DNA of 64,000 nucleotides from a virus (taxonomy: Duplodnaviria; Caudoviricetes): positions 1 through 64,000 of the IMG/VR virus record IMGVR_UViG_3300020048_000083; one strand, written 5' to 3'. The notes under the pieces are model-generated. The model saw only the letters and a program-made list of their open reading frames with translations. It was not told the origin of the DNA and did not search any database. The position numbers were made by a program, and so were the translations under genes. Shown piece by piece: positions 55,458-64,000 of this stretch. Every line of letters starts with the position of its first letter. The first letter of the stretch is position 1.

Positions 55458-55764
55458 AAAGTTTCTTGTGTGTATTCAATGCGTCGTTATAATCCTTTTT
55501 GCTCTGGCTCAGCGGATACGGCACACGAAGAATGGAATTATCAATTATTTCGTTTTCAATACGAAACTCTGGGTTTGCCAGAAGTATAATCCACCCGTGG
55601 TACGGATCGCCGTAAAACGATAGGCTCATTTTATCCAAACGGCTTTTACCTATCGTATACACTGGGTATTTGTCGGTAGGTTTAATTGGTACCTCTACAA
55701 ATGGTACCGTTCGCGGAACTTCATTTTCCACGAAATTAGCATATCTGTTTGTGTATGTCGCCAT
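55447..55764 (-). CDS. LysM-like baseplate protein (T4 gp53 / P2 gpX-like)
   Basis: RLDKMSLSFYGDPYHGWIILLANP...ILRVP. Confidence 0.85.
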   Translation of the reverse strand: MATYTNRYANFVENEVPRTVPFVEVPIKPTDKYPVYTIGKSRLDKMSLSFYGDPYHGWIILLANPEFRIENEIIDNSILRVPYPLSQSKKDYNDALNTHKKLYGE

Positions 55765-55773
55765 ATCCGTAAT

Positions 55774-55780
55774 ATAAATA
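55774..55780 (-). promoter_or_regulatory. TATTTAT putative late-promoter motif
   Basis: Minus-strand AATATTTATAT, 9 nt before ATG 55764. Confidence 0.55.
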
Positions 55781-55814
55781 TTTTACGCTGAAATTCAAGC
55801 GTTGTTTATTGATT

Positions 55815-58800
55815 TTATAGCAACGTGGTATCAACGTTGGGTTCTGGTTGCGTATTATTAATATCCTTAGGGTTCGCGCTTTTGAACTTCAAGTACTCTT
55901 TGAAGGCTTTTCGACCGTGAACATTAGCTCTACTTTCCGAAACTTCAAACATTTTCATCTTGTAGCTACCTTTGGATTTAATCGCAGACATAACTGGCGT
56001 AATTACGTCTGACGCAACATTCGATAGACTTTGTTTTAGATCAGACATTAAAGCATCTGTAATAGCCGTAATATTAGTGTCCGCCGTAGCAAACTTAACA
56101 GCCCTGAGGTGAGTAATAAATTTATCAATCTGACCCAGTTCCTGAAGCGCTTTAGTTGAATCTATCGCAGCCATCATAGTAGGCGTTAGTTCGTCAATCC
56201 ACTCTTTACTTATGAATTTAGTAATGAAGCCATAGAAAATAATATCTTCCAGCTTAACCCTATAATTTTGTAATGTACGAACAGCACTGGTAACTTTGTC
56301 ATTATTACCAGTGTATTTTATCGCATTATATTCATAGCTTCTTACCCCGCCAGTATTAGTTGTCGGAACACCTACAACAGCAATCCAGTTTTTTATACTA
56401 TCGGTATATACCCAGTTTATTAAGTCTTTTTTCTTAGTTTCAGAAGTAAACTTTTTCAGTTCCGCGCTCAATATATCGTCGTTTATTAAAGCTTGGCTTA
56501 TTTGACCGAAATATAAACGTTCAAAATTTAACTTTTCAAAAACCGTTTTACAGGATACGTTTGTAACAGCTACCCCGCCGACCTTCCAATCGCCAGTTGT
56601 AAAGTCATAGCAAAGTTTATTATGATCAAACCAGATAGTATTTTCAGCACAGGACATTTGGTTATACAGATAATTGAATAACCCTCTCTGAAAATCATCA
56701 GGAAGATTATATATATCTGTATATGATAATACGTTGATCGGTGTTTTAGGGTATTGGTTTAAGCAATCGCTAACCGTAAAATTAAAGAAATCAGTTAGAT
56801 TAAACTCATTAGCCGTAGTTCCAGTGTAGTTAGGTACAACTTCCAGATAACGCAAATTAGCCCCGTCCTTTGTTGTTCCGCCGTCAATACCATTACATAT
56901 ACTATTTGTTGCCAAAACATTATAATACAGATCGGTAAATTGCTTGCGTAATTCACCAGACATACTAAGTTTAGATATTATTAATTCGTTATAATAATCA
57001 ACGAATTTATTTAGCGCAAAATTTCTGAATGCTTCCAGAATAGCTGGTGACATTTTGTATAGCTCATCACGAAGCGGTGAGTTTTCTTCAAATAAATACC
57101 ATTCTTCACACTGTAAGTATTTAACAAACATACTATGGTATTGAGCCATAGATCGTTGAACATAATCCAAATCTACATACTTTGGAACTGAAATACCAGC
57201 AAAATCCTGTAAATTGTATTCAACTGGATCAACAATACGATCATCGAACTGCGGATAAAGATGTAGCTTCGGTGTTATAGCTGGTGAGTTTGATTTATTA
57301 AACGAATCATACCCAATTGTAAAATAGTTCATACTTTTAGTAGTATCACTTTTAAGGTTCGGGTATTCTGTATGGTCAAACTGGGTGCCGTCCTTTTTGT
57401 TACCAAAATCCATACGCGTAGTATCTTTAACCACTGGCGTTGAAAATGCCCCATATTCCAAAGCAAAGAAATCATACGGAGTATCTAAAACATCAAATAT
57501 AGAGTTAAAGTATGACCCAACATAAGTGTTAAACGAATGATATAACTCTTTGAATAAGTCCGTATAATCAACTTCGTAGTATTGAACAATATCCAACCCT
57601 TCCTGTATTTTATGAGCGGCATTGAAGTCTGGATTTGAAATTGATATCGAATCGTACTTCTTAGGGTCTTCAATTTTACCCAGCTGGTCAAAATTGGTGA
57701 TTTCCTCAGGATTTATTTGCAGTAATGCCTCAAAATTAAGATCAGCAATATCAAGAATATCACTATCATACGCCAGCTCTAAGTTTTCCAGATACCTTTC
57801 GTCAATATCGGTCTGCCCGAACGACCTACTTTCGTAAATGTCGGCGTTTGCATAGTAGTTGTAAGAAAGTGCGTTCTGTAACTGGGCTACTGGTTCTCTT
57901 AAACCAGCTCCACCTACATATTTAACCGTCATATCTATTTGTGCGATCATTGGTTGAACACCTATTCCCTCAGGATTCAAGTCATACGTTATTGAACCAC
58001 CAACAACAGAATAATTAATACTTAAATTCTCAATAATCATTCTGGTATTGAAGAAATCACCTATTCTTAGGATACAAACAGGCGGCTTGCCGAATGCTGT
58101 ATTAACAATATCATAGCTATCGGTTCCAACGGTCTTAATTGTATCTCCAGGTCGTACACACTGCTGCAAAAAGGTTAACCTACTGTTTAAACCTTCTGGC
58201 GTCATAGAGTGGAACGCTGGCGAGAAGTATTTAAGCTTTTCTTTCAACGTATCAAACACGACTGGCGAATTTTCCCGTAAAAACTCGAAATATTCGTTTT
58301 CACCGATCAATTTGTTTAATATACGGGTTGCAACGTCACGCTTGTTTATTACATTATAGCGTTCAACCGTTTTACCTTGGTATTCGGCAGCTTGCGGGTC
58401 TTCCGTAGCTGTTACTTCGGTTTTTGTAGTAGTTTTTGTCTGGTCAAACAGTTCTGTGTCAACGTTAAGAGTTACCCGCCTTGCGTAGGAAGCAGGATAG
58501 CTCAAAATAGCGTAATACCTGTCGTCCCATTTATCACTTGTAAACTGGGCTTCTGTATAACCCAATTTCTCTTGTATCGCCGAACCGTCGTTGTATATAA
58601 TTGGCGTTGTTCCGAACGTAAATCCTACGTCGGAAAACATATCAGCAACACTTTTCTCACCAATTCTTTCCGTAAAGTTAGCTTTAAAGATAACCGCTGG
58701 TATTTGGCTTTCTCTTGTTAATGTAATAGTGAAATCCGTAGTATTATCTTCGGTGTCAATCTGAGTTACACCTAACTGGCTTGCATACCAATTAGCCACA

Positions 58801-61787
58801 GATAAAGCTCTTCTCTTGGCAAGTTTCTTGTTATATTCTTTGTCGGCTATACTACTTGCAGAAGCATCAAAATTAATATTAACCGTGGCGTCTGGGTGAT
58901 TTGTAATATAGTTCCTGATCAGAGTAGCGCTTTTGTCAATATTATCCCACTCTGTATTGATGTTCACACTTTCTTTGCCTTCTCCCTTCGGAGTTGTAAC
59001 AAAGTATTGTGCAAACTCTTCATTACTAAACCCTATTGTATTAAAATAATCGTATTTATTTTCCTGAAGTGCGCCAAATGATAGCCAACTTGAATACTCA
59101 ATAAATATAGCCTCATATGATCGTGTATCGTCTGCTCTCGGGACGTCATTAGGGAAGAAGAATCTAAGCTTTGATAAATCAGCTTTGAGCTGTTCATCGT
59201 CCTGACCCTTAGGAATTGTTTTAGTGTCCGTAGAAACCTTGTAATTATAAGACCTCTTTTTTTCGTTGGTCATATTAGCTGGGTAAGGGTATTGCCCATT
59301 AATAACATCCTTAAAGAATGAAATATCAGCGTTTGAGAACATACCCCAGATACGAGCTAATTCGAATATATCATACTCCACACAGCCAGCAAAGAATGCC
59401 GCCAGTATATCGTCAACCTCTTCGTCTGACATGCTAGCCAGTTCTTTCTGAACAAGCACGTTTAATACGGTAGGGTGATCCACAATAACCTTCCAGCTGA
59501 TCGTGCCAGATCGTTCTGTGTTGTTGTAGGTATAAATCGGCTCAGGACGACCCAAAAAGTCGTGCTTAGTCCAGTTAGCCGTGGACGATTCATTGAAGGT
59601 TAATCCGTATGGCGGGAACCACATTACACGACCGCCGTTTGAGCCCTGCTCGTATGTAGGTAGGTCGTTGTATTTGTCCGAGTCTTTCCACGCAAGGTTC
59701 TCAATTGAAAACATATACTTGCGGGCTCTGGTCTTATCAAAATTTTTGTCGGCAAACCTATCGCGAATACCATCCTGCCCAAGCATATTCTGGTCATAGA
59801 TAGTACCAACGTTTAATTTTGTAGGGTAAATGTTATAGTTTGCGTTTCGGTCTATAACCGAGTTTCGCTCACGGCGAATAAGCTCACCATAGCGCACCAA
59901 GTGATTAACCTTTGCATAAGGTTTCAATTTTGTCCACGTGCGGCAAAAGCCGTTTTCCCACGGGTCTTGAACAACATACTTGTTTCTGTTGTTTACAAGC
60001 GATACATCAACCTTTTTGATCGCAGCTCCCTTTGAATATACCATTTTTCCATCACGGAATTTGGTTTTCAAACTACGTATAGGTGAATCAATACCACCAA
60101 CATACAGTAATTTCTGTGTAATATCCATCAAAGAACCTGGTCGGAAATTAAACCCTGTTGAAAACTCTTCGTCGCGTGACGTAAAATCACCAAAATCACT
60201 ACTCTCTATTCCTTCGGCATCCGATTCGTTATTAGCCCATACAAGGTCAACGGTATTTTTTTCATACCCGTCATAATCATCGTAGCCTTTGTTGAACGCT
60301 GAAGCTAGTGCGTTGTTGTTGATAATACTAATACCGTCCCGAGCCTGTAAAATATCGATCGGCGGTCTTTCTTCTGCGCCAAGGTAATAATTACCCTTAG
60401 GTTTCTTCTGGAAGCCAATAAGTTCGGCTGATGTGTCAAACTTAGGGCTGTATTTGTTCATTAATAAGTTTTCATACAAAGACCACCTTTGACCACCACC
60501 AGTTTTTTTCAGTAGGGCATCATCATCCTTAGTGTTTTTGTTGGTAGCTTTCGCTGTGCCGTCTTTAGTATTTTGCGGAGAGTTGCTACCTGTTGGGTCT
60601 AACTCTTTCATTGCGTCCAAACCTTCATTTGAAGCTAAGAAATTAGGTGTTAAATCCTTACCGCCCAAATCAACACTTTCCCATAGATCAAAAGGTGAAA
60701 TAACCCCTTCCAACCCCAATAAAAACTGAGCTGCTTTGCCGACAAAGTTACGCGGGGTCGTAATGGTATAATTTTTCTCAATCAGATTGTTAAGCGGGTC
60801 TTTTGCTATCTTAATAAGTTCCAGTGGGTCTACCGACACAGGGAAATCACTATTATAGTTTTTATTGACCAGATTAAGCCTTCCTATGGTTTGCGAGTAT
60901 AAATTTTGCTCAAATCGGGCTTGTAAGTTATAATTTAACATATACGCCCCGATATTCATCAGCGCCGTATCATTTTCCAGTAAGGTTGTATTCTTTTCCA
61001 ACAAGTCGCTCATCGACGTCTTGTTATTCAGGTTGTAAAAGCTAAAATAACTGTAATCAATCGGTGTTTTACTTTTTAGGCTATTTGTGTATTCGTCAAC
61101 ATATGTTGTCCTTTTGTATACTTCATTCAAAATATTCTCACGAATATTAGCTGGTTGGTATTCATCTGGTATGTATCTGTTTATTTTTAAGTCTAAAGCA
61201 CGGGCAGCCTGATTAACTTTGTTTGTTGTGGAGCTAATCGACTGAACGTTGGGAACAATAAAGTTATTAATCTGGGCTGGGCTACCCAAAGTTTGTAATA
61301 ACGAAGTATAGTTATACGCTTCGCCGATTACCTCATTATTTGATTCGGATGGGTCGGTAAGATCGCGTGGCTTGTTTCGGCTCAAATTAGCCTCTCTGGT
61401 GACCATAGCGGCATTATCTATGGTTCCAGCGTCTACTACTACCGATCGCCAGTTAATGTTTGCATCGGTGCCTATAGAGCCCATATTACGCATTGTTTCG
61501 GATTGGTTAGCCGAAAGGTCAATAATAGCCGCTTCGATATCGGAAGGTGTCTGAAGATTTCTCTTAAACAGGAATTTACGAATATCTGTCGCAATATCTA
61601 ATACGTTGCCAGCGTCTGTCACTGGTGAACTATGAATTGTTGCGTCTGTTCCGCGGGAATCTTTGTACGCAGAATACGACAGCGACCCGCCTAAATCGGT
61701 TAATCCAACTACAACGTCAGGCGGAGTCTGTAGATTAATCCGCAGTAAGTCTTCCCTGAATTGTTCCGAAAATGTTTTTAATCCCAT
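55815..61787 (-). CDS. Giant baseplate/tail-tube-initiator-like protein (1990 aa) with an internal OmpA-like domain
   Basis: MWFPPYGLTFNESSTANW...FLGRPEPIYTYNNTERSGTISWKV and FGKPPVCILRIGDFFNTRMIIENLSINY are tube-initiator-like. Between them lies FFFPNDVP...ASASS...YNKKLAKRRALSV...ARRVTL (OmpA-like). Confidence 0.7.
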   Translation of the reverse strand: MGLKTFSEQFREDLLRINLQTPPDVVVGLTDLGGSLSYSAYKDSRGTDATIHSSPVTDAGNVLDIATDIRKFLFKRNLQTPSDIEAAIIDLSANQSETMRNMGSIGTDANINWRSVVVDAGTIDNAAMVTREANLSRNKPRDLTDPSESNNEVIGEAYNYTSLLQTLGSPAQINNFIVPNVQSISSTTNKVNQAARALDLKINRYIPDEYQPANIRENILNEVYKRTTYVDEYTNSLKSKTPIDYSYFSFYNLNNKTSMSDLLEKNTTLLENDTALMNIGAYMLNYNLQARFEQNLYSQTIGRLNLVNKNYNSDFPVSVDPLELIKIAKDPLNNLIEKNYTITTPRNFVGKAAQFLLGLEGVISPFDLWESVDLGGKDLTPNFLASNEGLDAMKELDPTGSNSPQNTKDGTAKATNKNTKDDDALLKKTGGGQRWSLYENLLMNKYSPKFDTSAELIGFQKKPKGNYYLGAEERPPIDILQARDGISIINNNALASAFNKGYDDYDGYEKNTVDLVWANNESDAEGIESSDFGDFTSRDEEFSTGFNFRPGSLMDITQKLLYVGGIDSPIRSLKTKFRDGKMVYSKGAAIKKVDVSLVNNRNKYVVQDPWENGFCRTWTKLKPYAKVNHLVRYGELIRRERNSVIDRNANYNIYPTKLNVGTIYDQNMLGQDGIRDRFADKNFDKTRARKYMFSIENLAWKDSDKYNDLPTYEQGSNGGRVMWFPPYGLTFNESSTANWTKHDFLGRPEPIYTYNNTERSGTISWKVIVDHPTVLNVLVQKELASMSDEEVDDILAAFFAGCVEYDIFELARIWGMFSNADISFFKDVINGQYPYPANMTNEKKRSYNYKVSTDTKTIPKGQDDEQLKADLSKLRFFFPNDVPRADDTRSYEAIFIEYSSWLSFGALQENKYDYFNTIGFSNEEFAQYFVTTPKGEGKESVNINTEWDNIDKSATLIRNYITNHPDATVNINFDASASSIADKEYNKKLAKRRALSVANWYASQLGVTQIDTEDNTTDFTITLTRESQIPAVIFKANFTERIGEKSVADMFSDVGFTFGTTPIIYNDGSAIQEKLGYTEAQFTSDKWDDRYYAILSYPASYARRVTLNVDTELFDQTKTTTKTEVTATEDPQAAEYQGKTVERYNVINKRDVATRILNKLIGENEYFEFLRENSPVVFDTLKEKLKYFSPAFHSMTPEGLNSRLTFLQQCVRPGDTIKTVGTDSYDIVNTAFGKPPVCILRIGDFFNTRMIIENLSINYSVVGGSITYDLNPEGIGVQPMIAQIDMTVKYVGGAGLREPVAQLQNALSYNYYANADIYESRSFGQTDIDERYLENLELAYDSDILDIADLNFEALLQINPEEITNFDQLGKIEDPKKYDSISISNPDFNAAHKIQEGLDIVQYYEVDYTDLFKELYHSFNTYVGSYFNSIFDVLDTPYDFFALEYGAFSTPVVKDTTRMDFGNKKDGTQFDHTEYPNLKSDTTKSMNYFTIGYDSFNKSNSPAITPKLHLYPQFDDRIVDPVEYNLQDFAGISVPKYVDLDYVQRSMAQYHSMFVKYLQCEEWYLFEENSPLRDELYKMSPAILEAFRNFALNKFVDYYNELIISKLSMSGELRKQFTDLYYNVLATNSICNGIDGGTTKDGANLRYLEVVPNYTGTTANEFNLTDFFNFTVSDCLNQYPKTPINVLSYTDIYNLPDDFQRGLFNYLYNQMSCAENTIWFDHNKLCYDFTTGDWKVGGVAVTNVSCKTVFEKLNFERLYFGQISQALINDDILSAELKKFTSETKKKDLINWVYTDSIKNWIAVVGVPTTNTGGVRSYEYNAIKYTGNNDKVTSAVRTLQNYRVKLEDIIFYGFITKFISKEWIDELTPTMMAAIDSTKALQELGQIDKFITHLRAVKFATADTNITAITDALMSDLKQSLSNVASDVITPVMSAIKSKGSYKMKMFEVSESRANVHGRKAFKEYLKFKSANPKDINNTQPEPNVDTTLL

Positions 61788-61788
61788 T

Positions 61789-64000
61789 TTATGTCGATCG
61801 AATTGGTGTTATTATTTCGTTTGGTAATTTTTTACCACTTTGGTGATTTCTATACCTATCTGATTCGTTAAGTATTAATCCTGTTAATTGTTGCAGACCA
61901 ATATTCTTTAAGTCTGTACTGGTTAGATATGCAGTATTTCCATCGCCCTTGACTTCTAACACGCCTGTAATGTTTAGCGTTATGTTCTGTGGCGTGTTAT
62001 TGCCACCGCCACCACCGTAAGCGTTAAGCGGAGCATATTTCTCTTTTGGATACATAGGCACCTGAGTCATAATATCCTTGCTCGGCGTCATATTTCCCTT
62101 ATTGTTTTGACCGTCTAAATTGGTTCCACCGATTACTACGTCATTCTTGTTGAATTTTTGAATTCCACCATTAGACCTCATAATAAAATCATCCGCGGTT
62201 CCACCCATACTTTTTTCAGCAAGATTATGCCCAAGCCAAGCAGCTAACGGAATAGCTAATAAACTTAAACCAGCAGATGGTATTGCCGCCGATATAGCCG
62301 CTGGCGCGACAGCTAATGCACCAGCTACTGCACCAGCTGTTCCAGCCCCACTTTTAACCTTTTCCTTAATAGGGTTAAATAATTCTTTAAGCCTTGGTTC
62401 TATGGCATCCCACATTTTACTAACTAAATATACCGCCATTTTTGCTATTGCGTCAAATATACCATTACTTCCCTTTAGCACGCCAGCAACACCTTCAATA
62501 ATAGTTTTAAGCTCTGCACCCAATTTATACATCCATTCATAAACGCCACTCCCTGAGCTGAATAGCGGCACAAGTTTGCTGGCTATGAATTGACCAAGAT
62601 CAGCCATAGTGCGTTGCAGTGCAGCCATAAACCCACTGTCCCTGAATAATGCTTCCAGTGGTCTGAAAAGTGGCTGTAGTGAGAACAGGAACATATTGTA
62701 CATATTCCTAAGTTGTTCTATAAGGTTCATTCTGTTTGAAGCAACCTTCTGCTCGTCACGAACCACTCCGCGGGCTTTATCAATTAAACCTTGGTTAAGC
62801 TCGCCGATAGCCTTCTGCGTTCCCAGCATATCAACCTTAACCATATACTTGCCAGTAATTTCATCGCGTTCGGCTAAATTAGCTATAGCGGTTAAGTCTT
62901 CTTTGTTGAAAACGCCCTGCGAACGAAGCTCGTTCATAATATCGTTCTGTTTTGCCGACTGAAGAGTAGCTTTTACCAAGTTATCTACACTTTCACCCGT
63001 TGCAGCGGCAAATTCACGTAATAACCCCTGCTGGGCTGGCGGAATACTGAATATACCATCTTTTCCCTTGACAGCTAACCCAGAAACCGCTCCAACAACG
63101 TCGTCAATTAAACCTGCCGCGTCGGTTTGAGCCTTCAACATTAAGCTGAACGGGTCAGCCATTTTAGCGAAATTGCCACCTAAAACCCTTAATTTAGCTG
63201 ATAATTCGATAGCGCCTTCTGGATTGAAAATTTGTACCGCAAGATTACGCATATTATCCAATTCAAAACGTAAGCCCTGAGTTTTGATAACCAACGCGGT
63301 TAAACCCTTGATACCATCCTTAAAGTTCAATGCGTTATACGCTGGCAGGAGTTTGTTTACCGTAGTAAGAACCTTGGTGATGTTTATACCAAGCTCAGCC
63401 GACGTTTTACGGGTACCTTCAACGTACTTATGGAACATACTGGTTGAATAACCAATAAGCTCCAAGTTTGCGTACATTTCGCCAGTTGTCTGTACACCTA
63501 AGCCAGTAGCTTTCGCTATAGCGGATAGGTCACTGATCTGCTGTACAAGCAAAATATGATTTAATCCCGTAATTTGCGAAAATTGCGTGATAAAAGATAG
63601 GGCTTCTTCGATATTTACACCCCATTGTGCGGCGGCAATACCAATTTGACCAATATTATTGTTGAGTTGCTGCGTTTGAATCTCGGTTTGACCCATATCA
63701 GCGGCAATATTACCTGTAATTGTCTGTATTTTCATCCAAAGGTTCCACGAATCTCGCAAAACGCTTGTAATAGTATTAAATATACCTTTTCCAATCGACA
63801 CTAATCCATTGAATATATTACTAAATATTTTAGCAAGCGTACCAGCCATACCAATCATACTCTGCACCATAGCGCTTGACATAATTTTACCCATTCTGGC
63901 GCCTAACGGGTAAGCGTTTTCCATTCCAGCGGCGGTAAGCTTATTTATGCCAAGTGCCTGCTGTTTATCTCTGATAGTCTTGGCTAATTGTTTTTCAACC
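61789..64000 (-). CDS. Tape measure protein (5' end beyond the window)
   Basis: Long Ala/Gly-rich amphipathic helical protein with a C-terminal DDFIMRSNG...FNKNDVVIGGTNL motif, directly upstream of the baseplate genes. The frame stays open from ATG 63924 to the window edge (VEKQLAKTIRD...), so the gene is partial. Confidence 0.8.
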   Translation of the reverse strand, partial: VEKQLAKTIRDKQQALGINKLTAAGMENAYPLGARMGKIMSSAMVQSMIGMAGTLAKIFSNIFNGLVSIGKGIFNTITSVLRDSWNLWMKIQTITGNIAADMGQTEIQTQQLNNNIGQIGIAAAQWGVNIEEALSFITQFSQITGLNHILLVQQISDLSAIAKATGLGVQTTGEMYANLELIGYSTSMFHKYVEGTRKTSAELGINITKVLTTVNKLLPAYNALNFKDGIKGLTALVIKTQGLRFELDNMRNLAVQIFNPEGAIELSAKLRVLGGNFAKMADPFSLMLKAQTDAAGLIDDVVGAVSGLAVKGKDGIFSIPPAQQGLLREFAAATGESVDNLVKATLQSAKQNDIMNELRSQGVFNKEDLTAIANLAERDEITGKYMVKVDMLGTQKAIGELNQGLIDKARGVVRDEQKVASNRMNLIEQLRNMYNMFLFSLQPLFRPLEALFRDSGFMAALQRTMADLGQFIASKLVPLFSSGSGVYEWMYKLGAELKTIIEGVAGVLKGSNGIFDAIAKMAVYLVSKMWDAIEPRLKELFNPIKEKVKSGAGTAGAVAGALAVAPAAISAAIPSAGLSLLAIPLAAWLGHNLAEKSMGGTADDFIMRSNGGIQKFNKNDVVIGGTNLDGQNNKGNMTPSKDIMTQVPMYPKEKYAPLNAYGGGGGNNTPQNITLNITGVLEVKGDGNTAYLTSTDLKNIGLQQLTGLILNESDRYRNHQSGKKLPNEIITPIRST

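Noticed and set aside
8602-55780. Plus-strand TATAAATA as T4-style late promoters firing rightwards
   Set aside because: There are no plus-strand genes to serve, and the spacing to minus-strand start codons supports the TATTTAT orientation. Antisense transcription cannot be excluded.
3112-55814. tRNA or other structured ncRNA genes in intergenic gaps
   Set aside because: Most gaps are under about 130 nt; those of about 150 nt or more are explained by terminators, promoters, the frameshift extension or the SSB leader. No cloverleaf or T-loop GTTCRA context was recognised. A tRNAscan/Infernal run would settle it.
12515-59809. Short minus-strand ORFs nested in other frames (12515, 17366, 21678, 27854, 34646, 37474, 40316, 46124, 48033, 49488, 51753, 52836, 54845, 57485, 59624)
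   Set aside because: They are contained in or largely overlap confident genes and show no motifs or independent expression signals.
474-62962. All plus-strand ORFs in the track (e.g. 1197-1847, 10603-11079, 44755-45408)
   Set aside because: They lie antisense to long, motif-bearing minus-strand genes, have atypical composition and no recognisable motifs. They are shadow ORFs.
1-64000. Alternative genetic code (TAG or TGA reassignment, as in some large Bacteroidota phages)
   Set aside because: ORFs up to 1990 aa are intact under the standard code, conserved enzymes are full length, and TGA and TAA both end genes at overlap junctions.

Overview
This window is a densely packed 64-kb segment of a large (probably jumbo) contractile-tailed dsDNA phage. 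About 45 genes are present, all on the minus strand, and they read through in the standard code. The host is very likely a Bacteroidota species: there are TTTG-N19/20-TAnnTTTG promoters, a Bacteroides-type NrdJ and a Bacteroidota-type primary-sigma homolog. In transcription order (right to left) the window contains: (1) a tape measure and baseplate/hub module (64000-48685); (2) putative head-internal/scaffold proteins; (3) a replication block with gp32-like SSB, HNH-like endonuclease, RecA/UvsX, 5'-3' exonuclease, DnaB-like helicase and NrdJ; (4) a long baseplate/tail structural block (38807-17298); (5) a GIY-YIG endonuclease, RuvC-like resolvase, primase, PD-(D/E)XK nuclease, SbcD/SbcC and a sigma70-family factor; (6) a late operon with an ArdC-like ssDNA-binding/zincin protein, membrane proteins and an amidase-fold protein; (7) more putative head-internal proteins running off the left edge. 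The most notable observations are a candidate programmed -1 frameshift (A-AAA-AAC next to the stop codon) that explains the only otherwise unexplained large intergenic gap, a recurrent TATTTAT motif upstream of late genes alongside a phage sigma factor with an altered Trp dyad, an ArdC-type anti-restriction protein that may be virion-packaged, a T4 gene-32-like leader on the SSB mRNA, and an OmpA-like domain inside a giant baseplate protein. I saw no tRNA, rRNA, CRISPR array, intein or intron. All family assignments come from motif recognition by eye, not database searches.
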